Shown here: piece by piece, positions 54,988-64,000 of the stretch
Layout of the letters: each line of letters begins with the position of its first letter
Position numbering within the stretch: position 1 is the first letter of the stretch
Assembly: GCA_028288925.1 (NCBI GenBank)
Contig: JAQGHG010000005.1
Location: 15,991-79,990 of the forward strand
Source: Patescibacteria group bacterium
GTDB lineage: Bacteria > Patescibacteriota > Saccharimonadia > UBA4664
Reading direction: 5' to 3'
DNA length: 64,000 nucleotides
Position numbers and translations under genes: made by a program
The notes under the pieces: generated by a model
What the model was told of the DNA's origin: nothing
Seen by the model: the letters and a program-made list of their open reading frames with translations, nothing else
Database searches by the model: none

Positions 54988-56301
54988 ATGAATGACACAA
55001 CGGTTCGGGAATTAAAAGAGCACATTGGTAAGACCACCACGGTTCGGGGCTGGCTGCACAAGCGGCGGGATATGGGCGGCATTGTGTTTGTGATATTGCG
55101 CGATCGTACCGGCGTGGTGCAAGCGGTGGTCAAGGATGAAGTTGAGGTTGCTAAACTTGGCGGTTTGCAGAATGGTTCGGTCCTACGCCTGACCGGCAAC
55201 GTAGTAGACGAACCGCGCGCCGCCGGTGGCGTGGAGCTGCATGAGCCAAAGCTGGAGATCGTTTCGGCGGTTTCCGAGGTAATGCCGATCGAGATCGACA
55301 AGCCGATCGACCACAAAAGCGAAAACTTCGACACCTTGTTTGAAAACCGGGCGATAAACCTGCGCAACCTGAGTGAGCGGGCGATCTTTCGGGTGCAGGC
55401 TGCCATGGGTCAAGGTTTTCGCAAGTTCTTTGAAGAGCGTGAGTTTACCGAGATTCACACCCCTAAGTTGTTGGCGGGTGCTACTGAGGGTGGCGCCGAG
55501 GTCTTCAAAACTGAATATTTTGGGCAAATGGCTACCTTGGCCCAATCGCCGCAGTTTTATAAGCAGATGATGGTGGGCGTATTCGAGCGCGTGTTTGAGA
55601 TGGGGCCGGTGTACCGTGCCGAGCCAAGTGTCACTACGCGCCATATGAGTGAATATATTTCGCTGGACGCCGAGATTGGTTTTGTTGATTTTGATGAATT
55701 GCTGACGATGATATCTGAAGCTCTCAACTTCATGGTGGATTATGCCTGGAAACACACCCGCGAAGAGCTTGAGCTGCTCGGCGCCCAAAAGCCGAAGCTG
55801 GCCAAAGAATTACCGCGGCTAACAATGGCCGAGATCCATGATTTGTATTCCAAGGCTACGGGCGAGAATACTCGCGATGAGCTCGATCTCTTTCCCGCTG
55901 AAGAGCGCTGGATTTGTGAATACGCGGCCAAAGAGCTGGGTTCCGAAGCGGTGTTCGTGACGGAATGGCCGATGCGGGATGCGAAATTTTACCATCTAGG
56001 TGACGAAAAGCACCCCGAAGTGGCTGTAAGAGCCGACCTGCTGTTCCGGGGGATTGAGATTGTGACAGCCAGTATGCGAGAGCACCGTTATGACGTCCTC
56101 GTGAAACAGCTGCGTGAAATGGCCAATGGCGACCCAGAGAGCGAAGGTTTCAAGTATTATCTGAGTGCTTTTAAGTACGGGATGCCGCCGCACGGCGGGT
56201 TTGCCATGGGCTTGGAGCGCGTGACGCAGGAGATGATCGGTTTGAGTAACGTCAAAGAAGCTACTCTCTTCCCGCGCGACACCAAACGCTTGGCGCCGTA
56301 G
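54988..56301 (+). CDS. aspS: Aspartyl-tRNA synthetase, archaeal/eukaryal-type (possibly non-discriminating)
   Basis: Class II motifs and the AspRS-specific flipping loop LAQSPQFYKQMMV. GAAGGAG SD lies 10 nt upstream of ATG 54988; the track ORF starts at an upstream TTG. Confidence 0.85.
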   Translation: MNDTTVRELKEHIGKTTTVRGWLHKRRDMGGIVFVILRDRTGVVQAVVKDEVEVAKLGGLQNGSVLRLTGNVVDEPRAAGGVELHEPKLEIVSAVSEVMPIEIDKPIDHKSENFDTLFENRAINLRNLSERAIFRVQAAMGQGFRKFFEEREFTEIHTPKLLAGATEGGAEVFKTEYFGQMATLAQSPQFYKQMMVGVFERVFEMGPVYRAEPSVTTRHMSEYISLDAEIGFVDFDELLTMISEALNFMVDYAWKHTREELELLGAQKPKLAKELPRLTMAEIHDLYSKATGENTRDELDLFPAEERWICEYAAKELGSEAVFVTEWPMRDAKFYHLGDEKHPEVAVRADLLFRGIEIVTASMREHRYDVLVKQLREMANGDPESEGFKYYLSAFKYGMPPHGGFAMGLERVTQEMIGLSNVKEATLFPRDTKRLAP

Positions 56302-56371
56302 ATTTCCGGCTCGTATAACGCTTAAGCTTCCTGTATTATGCTGGTATAAGACTGAGTTGGTGGCGAGGTGA

Positions 56372-58618
56372 ATGAAGTTATCGTTTAAACTTCTTACAGT
56401 TACGGTGGGTATTGCCGTGGTGTGCTTGGGCGTGGCGCTCGCGCTGGTGTACGGTGCTATCACTACGGCTATCCAAGGGCAAATTAACGCCCGGCAGCTC
56501 GAGATTAGCCATCAGACCATCGACAAGATTGACCGTTTTATGGCTGAGCGCCAGGTCGATATTCAGGCTTTGGGTCAGCAGGATCAACTGCAGCGCTTTA
56601 TCTCCGCGCGTCTGACTGACACGTCTAAGGCCGAGGCTACTAATAATATGAACGCTTTCAAGGCCTACGCTGCCGACTGGAGCGATTTGGGTATTCTGGA
56701 TTTGAACGGCAGCATCGTGGCCTCGACGAACGCGAAGCTATTGGGACCGAAGCTGCTCAGTGATTACCCTCAGCTGAGCGAGCTCTACCAAAGAGCCCGC
56801 AAAGGTGAGATAGCGTATTCGGATGCGTTTCCGTCACTGGGTACCCACAAAGCGGTGTTCGTATATATGGCGCCGATCCGCCGCAACGGCACGGTCGTGG
56901 GTGTGGTCGGTGGAAATGTCGCTTGGTCTTCGGTGATTAGCATCCTCCAGAGCGTCAAAGGTTCGACGGCCAATTTGGTGAACCGGGATGGTCTGTTGCT
57001 TGGAGATAACGAACCCAATGATGAGGCTGAATTTTTGTACAAAGATTACAGCAACACGGCGGCTTTTGCCCACGCCCGGTCAAAAGCCGCCGACTCGACT
57101 GTACTGCCGGAACTCGATCACCCCAAGAAACAAGCGGTAAACTCGCACGTTGTTGAGTCGGGGTACAAGTCGTATCGCGGCAATGGTTGGATCTTGATAC
57201 TGGACACACCCACGGACGTGGCGTTTGGTCCGGCTCGCCGGTTGACGTTTAGTGTCTTTGGTATTATCGCCGCCGTGGTGGTGTTGGGTATTTTGGCTAT
57301 CTTCTTCTTCGTGAATCGCAGCATTATGCAGCCGATCCGATTGCTGAGCCGGGCCGTAAACCGGGTGGCGTTGGGGGATTTGACCCAAACGGTAAATGTA
57401 AAGTCGAGAGACGAGCTAGGGGTATTGGGCCGTAACTTCAACGAAATGACGTTTCAGTTAGCCGACACTCACCGGGGCCTAGAGACGGCCAGCCGGGCCG
57501 CCAAGGAAGATCGCGCGCAGCTGGAGTCGTCGATCAACAGTCTACGGCAGGGCTTTATTTTGACCGATGGTAGCGGCGGGACAACTATCCTCAACCAATC
57601 GGCGCGCAAGATGTTTGGCGCGCGTAACGACTCGGACGAGCTTTCTCTGGAGACTATCGCCAAGGTGCTGCCGGAAGATCTCAACTTAGTGGAGCAGGTT
57701 CACCAGACGTTGTTTAAGCATAAGCCCGCGAAATTCACGTATTTGCCGATCCGCAACCGGTTTGTGAGTCTCTATCTGACTCCGGTACTCAATGAGAACA
57801 GCCCGATTGGCTGTGTGCTGCTGTTTGACGACGTGACCGAGGAGCGGATTTTGCAGCGGTCGCGCGATGAGTTTTTCTCTATCGCCTCGCACGAATTACG
57901 CACACCACTCACGGCCATCCGGGGCAACGCGGCGCTGATTGAGCAGTATTATCCCAAGATGCTGGAGGATTCAAACTTGCGCGAGATGGTGCAGGATATC
58001 CATGCGTCGAGTACCCGCCTGATCGAAATCGTGAACGACTTCCTGGACGCATCACGGCTGGAGCAAGGCAAGATGAAGTTTGAATACTCGGTGTTTTCGG
58101 TAGAGGAGGTGATCGAGAAAGTAATCTATGAGCTGGCGGGCGTGAGCCGCGACAAGAAGCTGTACTTGCGCTTTGAGCACAACCCGAAGAGCTTGCCCCA
58201 AGTCTACGCCGACCTAAACCGTGTAAAGCAGATCGTCTACAACTTGATCGGAAACGCTATGAAGTTTACTGAGACCGGTGGGATCACTATTCGGGCCGAG
58301 ATTGACGGCCGCAATCTGAAAGTGTTGATAAACGATTCCGGCCGTGGCATCTCAGAAGAAGGTCAGCAGTTGCTGTTCCATAAGTTTCAGCAGACCGGCG
58401 CGAGTTTGATTACACGGGACACCACTCGTGGCACCGGCCTGGGCCTGTATATCTCAAAGCTTCTGGCCGAGCGGATGGGCGGCCGGATTCGGCTGGAGAA
58501 GTCTGAGATTGATAAGGGCAGCGTATTTAGCTTCTCCCTGCCCCTAGCGGAGGTAGTGAACGCTATGACGAAGCCGGCTTCCGCCGCCGCCCCTACCAAG
58601 GCCAAGCGTAAGGCCTAG
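56372..58618 (+). CDS. Sensor histidine kinase with large extracytoplasmic (Cache-like) sensor, HAMP, PAS, HisKA, HATPase_c
   Basis: Two TM helices flank a roughly 260-aa periplasmic domain. H-box FFSIASHELRTPLTAIRGN. The kinase core is paralogous to the HK at 42110. Confidence 0.85.
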   Translation: MKLSFKLLTVTVGIAVVCLGVALALVYGAITTAIQGQINARQLEISHQTIDKIDRFMAERQVDIQALGQQDQLQRFISARLTDTSKAEATNNMNAFKAYAADWSDLGILDLNGSIVASTNAKLLGPKLLSDYPQLSELYQRARKGEIAYSDAFPSLGTHKAVFVYMAPIRRNGTVVGVVGGNVAWSSVISILQSVKGSTANLVNRDGLLLGDNEPNDEAEFLYKDYSNTAAFAHARSKAADSTVLPELDHPKKQAVNSHVVESGYKSYRGNGWILILDTPTDVAFGPARRLTFSVFGIIAAVVVLGILAIFFFVNRSIMQPIRLLSRAVNRVALGDLTQTVNVKSRDELGVLGRNFNEMTFQLADTHRGLETASRAAKEDRAQLESSINSLRQGFILTDGSGGTTILNQSARKMFGARNDSDELSLETIAKVLPEDLNLVEQVHQTLFKHKPAKFTYLPIRNRFVSLYLTPVLNENSPIGCVLLFDDVTEERILQRSRDEFFSIASHELRTPLTAIRGNAALIEQYYPKMLEDSNLREMVQDIHASSTRLIEIVNDFLDASRLEQGKMKFEYSVFSVEEVIEKVIYELAGVSRDKKLYLRFEHNPKSLPQVYADLNRVKQIVYNLIGNAMKFTETGGITIRAEIDGRNLKVLINDSGRGISEEGQQLLFHKFQQTGASLITRDTTRGTGLGLYISKLLAERMGGRIRLEKSEIDKGSVFSFSLPLAEVVNAMTKPASAAAPTKAKRKA

Positions 58619-59334
58619 CCGATAGTCGTGTGGAACAGGCGGCCGATGAAGTAGGTGGCGCCGGCCGCGATGATGAGGACGAGTAGCTGGCGCGCTGCGG
58701 CGCGGACCCAGCGGCCGTTGGTGGTGTTGCCGAGGTAGGCGCCGATGCCGAGCGCCGCCAGGGCCGACACCGCGAGCGAGGTGACAATGGCTGTTCCGCC
58801 GCGCAGCGGAAACCAAGGGATGAGCGGTACGAGCGCACCAAGCGAGAACATTACAAAGGAAGAGCCGGCTGAGCCCCAGGCTGAGCCGAGCTCGTCGGGG
58901 TTGATGCCGAGTTTGCCGCGCGCGTATACGGCCATGGCCTTTTCTGGATCGCGCGAGATCTCTTGACTGGCGGCGGTGGCGGTGGCGGGCGTCATGCCGT
59001 CTTCGATCATGACATCCCGGAGGATGGCCTTGGCGTTTCCCGGGTCGCTGCGGAGTTGCTCGCGCTCGGCCTCGAGGATGCTTGAGAGCAGTTCTACCTG
59101 ACCGCGCATCGAGATGTACTCCCCCACCGCCATCGAGCAGGCCCCAGCGATGAGGCTGGCGATACCCGCTACTTGGATGATGCCCGGCGAGGCGCCGGCG
59201 CCGGCCACGCCCAGAATGAGCGATACGTTCGTCACCAAGCCGTCGCTCACGCCGAGCAGGGCCGCGCGGGCGGTGCCGCTCTGGGCCTGCTCAATTTTCT
59301 TGTGGGATTTGGGCTTGGGTGTAGTGGCCTTCAT
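58615..59334 (-). CDS. VIT1/CCC1-family Fe/Mn transporter
   Basis: GVSDGLVTNVSLILGVAGA followed by C-terminal TM helices. Confidence 0.75.
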   Translation of the reverse strand: MKATTPKPKSHKKIEQAQSGTARAALLGVSDGLVTNVSLILGVAGAGASPGIIQVAGIASLIAGACSMAVGEYISMRGQVELLSSILEAEREQLRSDPGNAKAILRDVMIEDGMTPATATAASQEISRDPEKAMAVYARGKLGINPDELGSAWGSAGSSFVMFSLGALVPLIPWFPLRGGTAIVTSLAVSALAALGIGAYLGNTTNGRWVRAAARQLLVLIIAAGATYFIGRLFHTTIG

Positions 59335-59354
59335 GTAGCCTATTTTACCAACGA

Positions 59355-60005
59355 CTAGCCGAGGATGCTAATGGCGCGGGCAGCCACTAGTACTACGGTC
59401 ACAAGCGCGGTGATCGATTGGATCATCATGAGGATCTTGGCCCGGTGGGATAGCGGCACCGTATCGGCCGAGGCGAAGTTGGTGACATTGGTGGCCGAGA
59501 GGTAGAGATAGTCGGTAAATCCTGGCAACCAGCCGGCGGGAGAAAATTTGGGGTGAGCCATCTGGGTGAAGAGAAAGTCCACTCCGGAACGCCGCGTAGT
59601 TCGCCGGTCCGGCCCGCCTCCGTCCATCTCCCAGTAGCCGAGCGCGAACATAAAGATATTGGTGACATAAATGGCCACTCCATTGGCCAGAAGTTCGCGT
59701 CCGGTGAGGGTGGTATGGCCGTTTATGAGGACTTCGAGCAGGAGAAGTAGCGACACCATATTTACCACGGCGATGATGGTGATGAGCGACATGGTGAGGG
59801 TACGGCGTGGGCGGGAGACCCGGTGGTAGGCGTCCGGCGTCACTACGGCCAGGGCGGCCATCAGGAGTATCTCCAGGCCGATGAGCAGGAATTTGTTGTA
59901 GGGCAAAAGGGCCGGCGCGGTGAGGAGCTGCAAGATGATTACGACGATCACTCCGAGCTGCAAGTGCCAGATGGGGTCGTGCGTGCGGCGGAATATTTTG
60001 CTCAT
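59355..60005 (-). CDS. DUF1345 family membrane protein
   Basis: WEMDGGGP...YLYLSATNVTNFASAD is a family-typical motif block. Confidence 0.6.
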   Translation of the reverse strand: MSKIFRRTHDPIWHLQLGVIVVIILQLLTAPALLPYNKFLLIGLEILLMAALAVVTPDAYHRVSRPRRTLTMSLITIIAVVNMVSLLLLLEVLINGHTTLTGRELLANGVAIYVTNIFMFALGYWEMDGGGPDRRTTRRSGVDFLFTQMAHPKFSPAGWLPGFTDYLYLSATNVTNFASADTVPLSHRAKILMMIQSITALVTVVLVAARAISILG

Positions 60006-60126
60006 GTAAAGATACCGAGCAATCCGTGCAGAAGGCCAATAATGGCGTCGATGAAGGCCTTGGCGAGGTTAAGAATGGCTTCGAAGAAGTGAACGATGAG
60101 GGTGAGGAGGCTGGTAATGAGATCCA
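60004..60126 (-). CDS. Small hydrophobic protein, 40 aa (not in ORF track), translationally coupled to DUF1345 gene
   Basis: ATG 60126 to TGA 60004 encodes MDLITSLLTLIVHFFEAILNLAKAFIDAIIGLLHGLLGIFT. Its stop overlaps the downstream start (ATGA). Confidence 0.3.
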
Positions 60127-60136
60127 TGTTTTTATT

Positions 60137-61216
60137 CTAGTTGATGTAGCCCTTAGCGACCAGGAGTTCGGCCATTAGTATGGCGCCTCCGGCCGCGCCT
60201 CGGATGGTGTTGTGAGAGAGCGCGATAAACTGCCAGTCATGTGCGCGGCCGGGGCGAAGCCTGCCCATGGTAATGCCCATGCCGCCGTATATTCCCCGGT
60301 CGAGGCCGGTCTGAGGGCGGTCGGGCTCGTCGAAGTAGGTGATGAATTGCTTGGGCGCCGAGGGGAGATTCAGGCCGGCGATGGGATTAAGGTACCGCGT
60401 GACGGATTCGAGGATCTGGTCTTTGGTGGGGTTTCGGTCAAACGTAACGCTGACGCTTGCCAGGTGGCCGTCGGCTACCGGGACGCGAATGCAGGTGGCC
60501 GCGATGGCGGGCGCCGTGGCCGGCTGGAGTTTGCCGTCGTGGAGGGAGCCCCAGATTTTGAGCGGTTCTTGCTCCGATTTTTCCTCTTCACCCCCGATGA
60601 ACGGAATGACGTTGTCGGTCATTTCGGGCCAAGTAGCGAAGGTTTTTCCGGCTCCGGATATCGCTTGCAAGCTAGTGACTACAACGTGGGCCGGGCCGAA
60701 CTGTCGCAGCGCCGTCAATACAGGGACGTAGGTCTGGATGGAGCAGTTTGGCTTGACGGCGATGAGACCGGCTTTCCATCCCCGCTTGCGGCGTTGGATG
60801 GGTATGAGCTCGGCATGCTCCGGGTTTACTTCTGGTATCAGCATGGGAATATCGTCTGTCCAGCGGTGCGCTGAATTGTTGGAAATTACCGGGATTCCGG
60901 CGGCGGCGTAGGCGATCTCAATATCTTTAATGGCGGCTTTGTCCATGTCGAGGGCGCAAAACACCAGATCGGCCTGGGCGGCGATGCTGCTGAGGTCTTC
61001 TCCGACCGCCTGGACCTTGAGCTTCGCTAGGGGCGCGGGGATGGCGTCGGCCATCGCCCAGCGGCCGGCTACGGCCTGAGCGTAGGTCTTGCCGCGCGAA
61101 CGCGGCGAGGCGGCCAGAGCGGTAATCTGGAACCAAGGATGACCCGTGAGCAAGGTGACGAAGCGCTGTCCGACCATGCCAGTCGCTCCAAGAATACCGA
61201 CGCGAAGCTTCTTCAT
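60137..61216 (-). CDS. asd: Aspartate-semialdehyde dehydrogenase
   Basis: LRVGILGATGMVGQRF...KPNCSIQ...SGAGK. Confidence 0.9.
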   Translation of the reverse strand: MKKLRVGILGATGMVGQRFVTLLTGHPWFQITALAASPRSRGKTYAQAVAGRWAMADAIPAPLAKLKVQAVGEDLSSIAAQADLVFCALDMDKAAIKDIEIAYAAAGIPVISNNSAHRWTDDIPMLIPEVNPEHAELIPIQRRKRGWKAGLIAVKPNCSIQTYVPVLTALRQFGPAHVVVTSLQAISGAGKTFATWPEMTDNVIPFIGGEEEKSEQEPLKIWGSLHDGKLQPATAPAIAATCIRVPVADGHLASVSVTFDRNPTKDQILESVTRYLNPIAGLNLPSAPKQFITYFDEPDRPQTGLDRGIYGGMGITMGRLRPGRAHDWQFIALSHNTIRGAAGGAILMAELLVAKGYIN

Positions 61217-62247
61217 AGTGCCTTGGTAGCCTCCAGGATGTCGCCAAACACACCGGCGGCTGTGACTTCCGCTCCTGCGCCGGCCCCCTGAACTACCAAG
61301 GGCGTTTCGTGGTAGCGCTCGGTAGTCATGACGACGATGTTATCGGCGCCCTTGAGGCTGCCGACGGCGGTGGCTTGGCCGACTGCCTCCAGGCCGACCC
61401 GGCACGAGGCGGGACCGACGGTGGCGACATAGCGCAGTACTTGGCCGTTTTGGCGGGCGGCTTCGGTTTTACGGCGGTAGCTCTCGTCAAGTTCGGGCAG
61501 ATTTTTGATAAATTCTTCTTTGGAAAGGGTCTGCATTGTCTCAGGATATAGTTTTTCTATCTTGATGTCGCTAAGTTCAATTGATTGCCCAAGTATCCGG
61601 GCCAATATTAAGGCCTTGCGCGCGACGTCTATACCGGAGAGGTCATCTCTGGGGTCGGGCTCGGTGAACCCGCGTTTTTTGGCTTCGAGGACAGCTTGCG
61701 AGAACAGGCTGCCGCTCTCTAGTTGAGAGAATATAAAGCCTAATGTGCCGCTAAAGCAACCTTGGATACCGGCTACTTCGTCGCCGGTGGCGAGCAGGGC
61801 TTTAAGGGTTTGTATCACCGGCAAGCCGGCTCCCACCGTGGTCTCGTAAAACAGGCGCTTGCCACCGGCGGCGTGCAACGCGTTGAAGTTATCGGAGGAG
61901 CCGCTCAGAGGCCTCTTGTTGGCTGTCACGACAGCCCCTCCCCGGCCGAGAGCCTGGAATATGACGGGCAGGGTTCGATCGGATGAGGTGGTATCGATGA
62001 GTATAAATGGCTGTGGTACGCGCTCGATGCACTGTGCCAGCTCTGCTGAGTCTGCGCTGGGGAAGGCTTTGATCTGTGCGGCGGTAAGGCCGCGCGGCTC
62101 AAAGACGCCGGCGCTGCCCGTAAACAGCCCGCTGTAGACAAGTTCGATATCCATATCATGCTTGAGCCTGGGCGCGCTGTCGATAATCTGGCGCAGGACG
62201 GCGCGCCCAACGTTTCCGACTCCCATGTGTAGTACGTGATAGCGCAT
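61213..62247 (-). CDS. hom: Homoserine dehydrogenase
   Basis: N-terminal NAD-binding motif GVGNVGRAV, followed by a catalytic domain typical of Hom. 344 aa. Confidence 0.85.
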   Translation of the reverse strand: MRYHVLHMGVGNVGRAVLRQIIDSAPRLKHDMDIELVYSGLFTGSAGVFEPRGLTAAQIKAFPSADSAELAQCIERVPQPFILIDTTSSDRTLPVIFQALGRGGAVVTANKRPLSGSSDNFNALHAAGGKRLFYETTVGAGLPVIQTLKALLATGDEVAGIQGCFSGTLGFIFSQLESGSLFSQAVLEAKKRGFTEPDPRDDLSGIDVARKALILARILGQSIELSDIKIEKLYPETMQTLSKEEFIKNLPELDESYRRKTEAARQNGQVLRYVATVGPASCRVGLEAVGQATAVGSLKGADNIVVMTTERYHETPLVVQGAGAGAEVTAAGVFGDILEATKAL

Positions 62248-63671
62248 TACAGTGACACCTTGGCTTTGCCCATCTTGAAGGCGCGATGGGTGCTCTGGGC
62301 GGCTTCGCTCACGTCGTCCATGGAGATTACAAGGGAAATGTTCCGCTCAGAGGAGCCTTGGGCGATGGCCATGATATTGATCTGCGCGTCGCCCAACGCA
62401 GTGAAAATCCGGCCGGCCACACCAAAGTGTCCTTTCATCCCCTCCCCTACCACGGCTACGATGGCCAAGCTCTCTTGAATAGCGACGGCTTCGATGGTGT
62501 TCTCGGTAAGATTTTGATGGAAGGCTTTTTGGAGAATCTTTACGGCTTTGCCACCGTCTTGGTGCATGACGATGAATGAAATATTGAATTCTGATGAAGC
62601 TTGGGAAATGAAGAGAACGTTGATATCGGCCCTAGCTACCTCGCCGAAGACTCTGCCGGCAACACCCGGCACACCTAGCATGCCTTTGCCCTGAACCGTA
62701 ATGAGTGAGACGTTTTTGAGGATGGAGATAGCTTTGCCGCCATACTCGGACGCATGGATTTGTCCGGATATTTTGGTGCCGGGGTGAGTGGGGTTGAAGG
62801 TGTTTTTGATCCAAATCGGGATCATTTTGCGCGCAGCCGGCACCATCGTCAGAGGATGTAGCACGTTGGCGCCAAAGTACGATAGCTCCGCGGCTTCATT
62901 GTAGGATAACGCGCCGATGGTGTGGGCGTCGGAGACCATCTTTGGATCGGCCGTCATGACGCCGTCGACGTCGGTCCAGATTTCGACCGCGGCGGCGTCT
63001 AAGCAGTAGCCCAGAATGGTGGCCGAATAATCCGAAGCGCCGCGCCCCAGGGTGGTGGTAATGCCGCCGGCGGTGGCGCCCATATACCCGGTAACGACGG
63101 GAATGCGGCCTTTTTTGAACAATTCTTGGATGATAGGTCTGGCTTGGCGCTGGGATTCCTCGAGATGGGGAGCGGCGTTCCCGAAAGTATCGGACGTCAC
63201 GATGAGTGCGCCGGCGTCTATCGGATCCGCGGGGACACCTATGGCCGTTAGGGCCTGCGCCAGGAGCCGGACGCTGATCCGCTCGCCGAACGACACAATG
63301 AGATCGTGGGCCCTGGGCGTGAGCTCTCCCAGCTCAAGAATGCTATCAAGCAGCTTGCGAAGATGCGCCAGGTGCGCTTCCACGGTGGTGCGGAGACCGG
63401 CGGCGGCCGCGTCATCGAGCCGTAAGCCTGATATTGCTTCCAGGTGAATGGTTTGGAGATGCTTGAAATCGCGGTTGAGACCGGCCATATTCTTGCCCGC
63501 GGCGTGCCGGCCGGCGCTCACGAGTGTGTTGGTGACTGAGCTCATGGCCGAGATTACCACCACGACGTTGCGTTGCTTCTTGGCTTTGGCCACGATGCCG
63601 GCGACAGTCCGGATGCGGTCTGCGCTGCCGACCGACGTACCGCCAAACTTCATGATTATAGGGCCGGTCAT
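62247..63671 (-). CDS. lysC: Aspartate kinase with tandem ACT domains
   Basis: IIMKFGGTSV at the N-terminus and ACT repeats at the C-terminus. Confidence 0.9.
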   Translation of the reverse strand: MTGPIIMKFGGTSVGSADRIRTVAGIVAKAKKQRNVVVVISAMSSVTNTLVSAGRHAAGKNMAGLNRDFKHLQTIHLEAISGLRLDDAAAAGLRTTVEAHLAHLRKLLDSILELGELTPRAHDLIVSFGERISVRLLAQALTAIGVPADPIDAGALIVTSDTFGNAAPHLEESQRQARPIIQELFKKGRIPVVTGYMGATAGGITTTLGRGASDYSATILGYCLDAAAVEIWTDVDGVMTADPKMVSDAHTIGALSYNEAAELSYFGANVLHPLTMVPAARKMIPIWIKNTFNPTHPGTKISGQIHASEYGGKAISILKNVSLITVQGKGMLGVPGVAGRVFGEVARADINVLFISQASSEFNISFIVMHQDGGKAVKILQKAFHQNLTENTIEAVAIQESLAIVAVVGEGMKGHFGVAGRIFTALGDAQINIMAIAQGSSERNISLVISMDDVSEAAQSTHRAFKMGKAKVSL

Positions 63672-64000
63672 AGCGAAGCCTCCAGGGCGGCGAGGCTGCC
63701 TTCTACCACGCGGTAGGGATTGGCGAACGGGCCGTCTGTCTGGTGGTATTTAACGCCGGCTTCGGTAAACTTGAGGGCCGAGGCGGTCGATATGGCCACC
63801 ACCGTGTCGGACGGCTTCACGATTCCCTGTGCCCGCGCTTGCAACACGGCATGCACGGCGACGGCTCCCTGGGGGCAGATATTGGCTCCGCCGCGCATGA
63901 ATCTGGCCCAGGTGTCGGTGATTTCGGCCTCGCTGGAGCGGTAGAACCGCAAGTCGAATTTATCGTGTAGCTTCTTGATGCGCGGGAAGCTCACAGGATC
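63668..64000 (-). CDS. thrC: Threonine synthase, C-terminal part (gene starts beyond window end)
   Basis: PLP-enzyme C-terminal region lying upstream of lysC-hom-asd. Truncated by the window edge. Confidence 0.7.
   Translation of the reverse strand, partial: DPVSFPRIKKLHDKFDLRFYRSSEAEITDTWARFMRGGANICPQGAVAVHAVLQARAQGIVKPSDTVVAISTASALKFTEAGVKYHQTDGPFANPYRVVEGSLAALEASL

Noticed and set aside
54518-55406. Minus-strand ORFs of 77 and 212 aa across the T-box leader and aspS 5' end
   Set aside because: They overlap a well-supported riboswitch and the AspRS coding frame. No homology.
59368-60039. 223-aa alternative-frame ORF over the DUF1345 gene
   Set aside because: Arg/Pro-rich shadow frame.
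1-64000. Mobile elements (IS, integrase, prophage)
   Set aside because: No transposase, integrase or recombinase-like ORFs or terminal inverted repeats were recognised. The synteny breaks are noted but not attributed to an identifiable element.

Overview
This 64-kb window is a gene-dense, fairly GC-rich bacterial chromosomal segment, mostly coding on the minus strand. It has a T-box leader, short gene overlaps and a PMT/GT-C-type glycosylation module. Those features fit a monoderm-like or candidate-phyla-like lineage, but the taxonomy is not resolved from sequence alone.

Core housekeeping genes recognised:
- cysS (partial), nrnA, recR, ybaB, dnaB, dnaX, rdgB, rplL, rplJ, secE, nusG, rplK, rplA, typA, aspS behind a T-box.
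- A one-carbon and folate block: glyA, folE, folC, folP, a DHFR-like gene, plus murI and thyA.
- A threonine-pathway operon: asd, hom, lysC, thrC (partial).

Accessory-looking content:
- A roughly 14-kb envelope-glycan locus (2450-16112). It contains two GT-C (PMT/ArnT-like) membrane glycosyltransferases, a GT2 polyprenyl-phosphate sugar synthase, a GtrA-like flippase protein and three tandem GH130-family (beta-mannoside phosphorylase-like) genes carrying five propeller domains in total. Also in it are a 943-aa secreted Gly-rich repeat protein with a CBM-like insert and two paralogous membrane-anchored proteins.
- A nucleotide-activation module (35502-39233): an APH/choline-kinase-like kinase, a HIGH-motif cytidylyl/adenylyl-transferase, a HIT-NUDIX fusion and a dCMP-deaminase with a novel N-terminal domain.
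- Secreted CBM-like and beta-helix proteins, three sensor histidine kinases with no response regulator in the window, and several small unannotated ORFs.

The strongest sequence-level signal is an identical 4-codon mini-ORF (ATG AAR CAC CCN TAR, peptide MKHP) found three times. Each copy sits 45-66 nt upstream of one of three consecutive folate/one-carbon transcription units (glyA, folE, and the folA-to-folC operon), and the three copies differ only at synonymous positions. I regard this as a candidate uncharacterised leader-peptide regulatory system.

The conserved dnaX-ybaB-recR and rplKA-rplJL syntenies are each split by large blocks. No tRNA, rRNA, CRISPR array, transposase or integrase was recognised.
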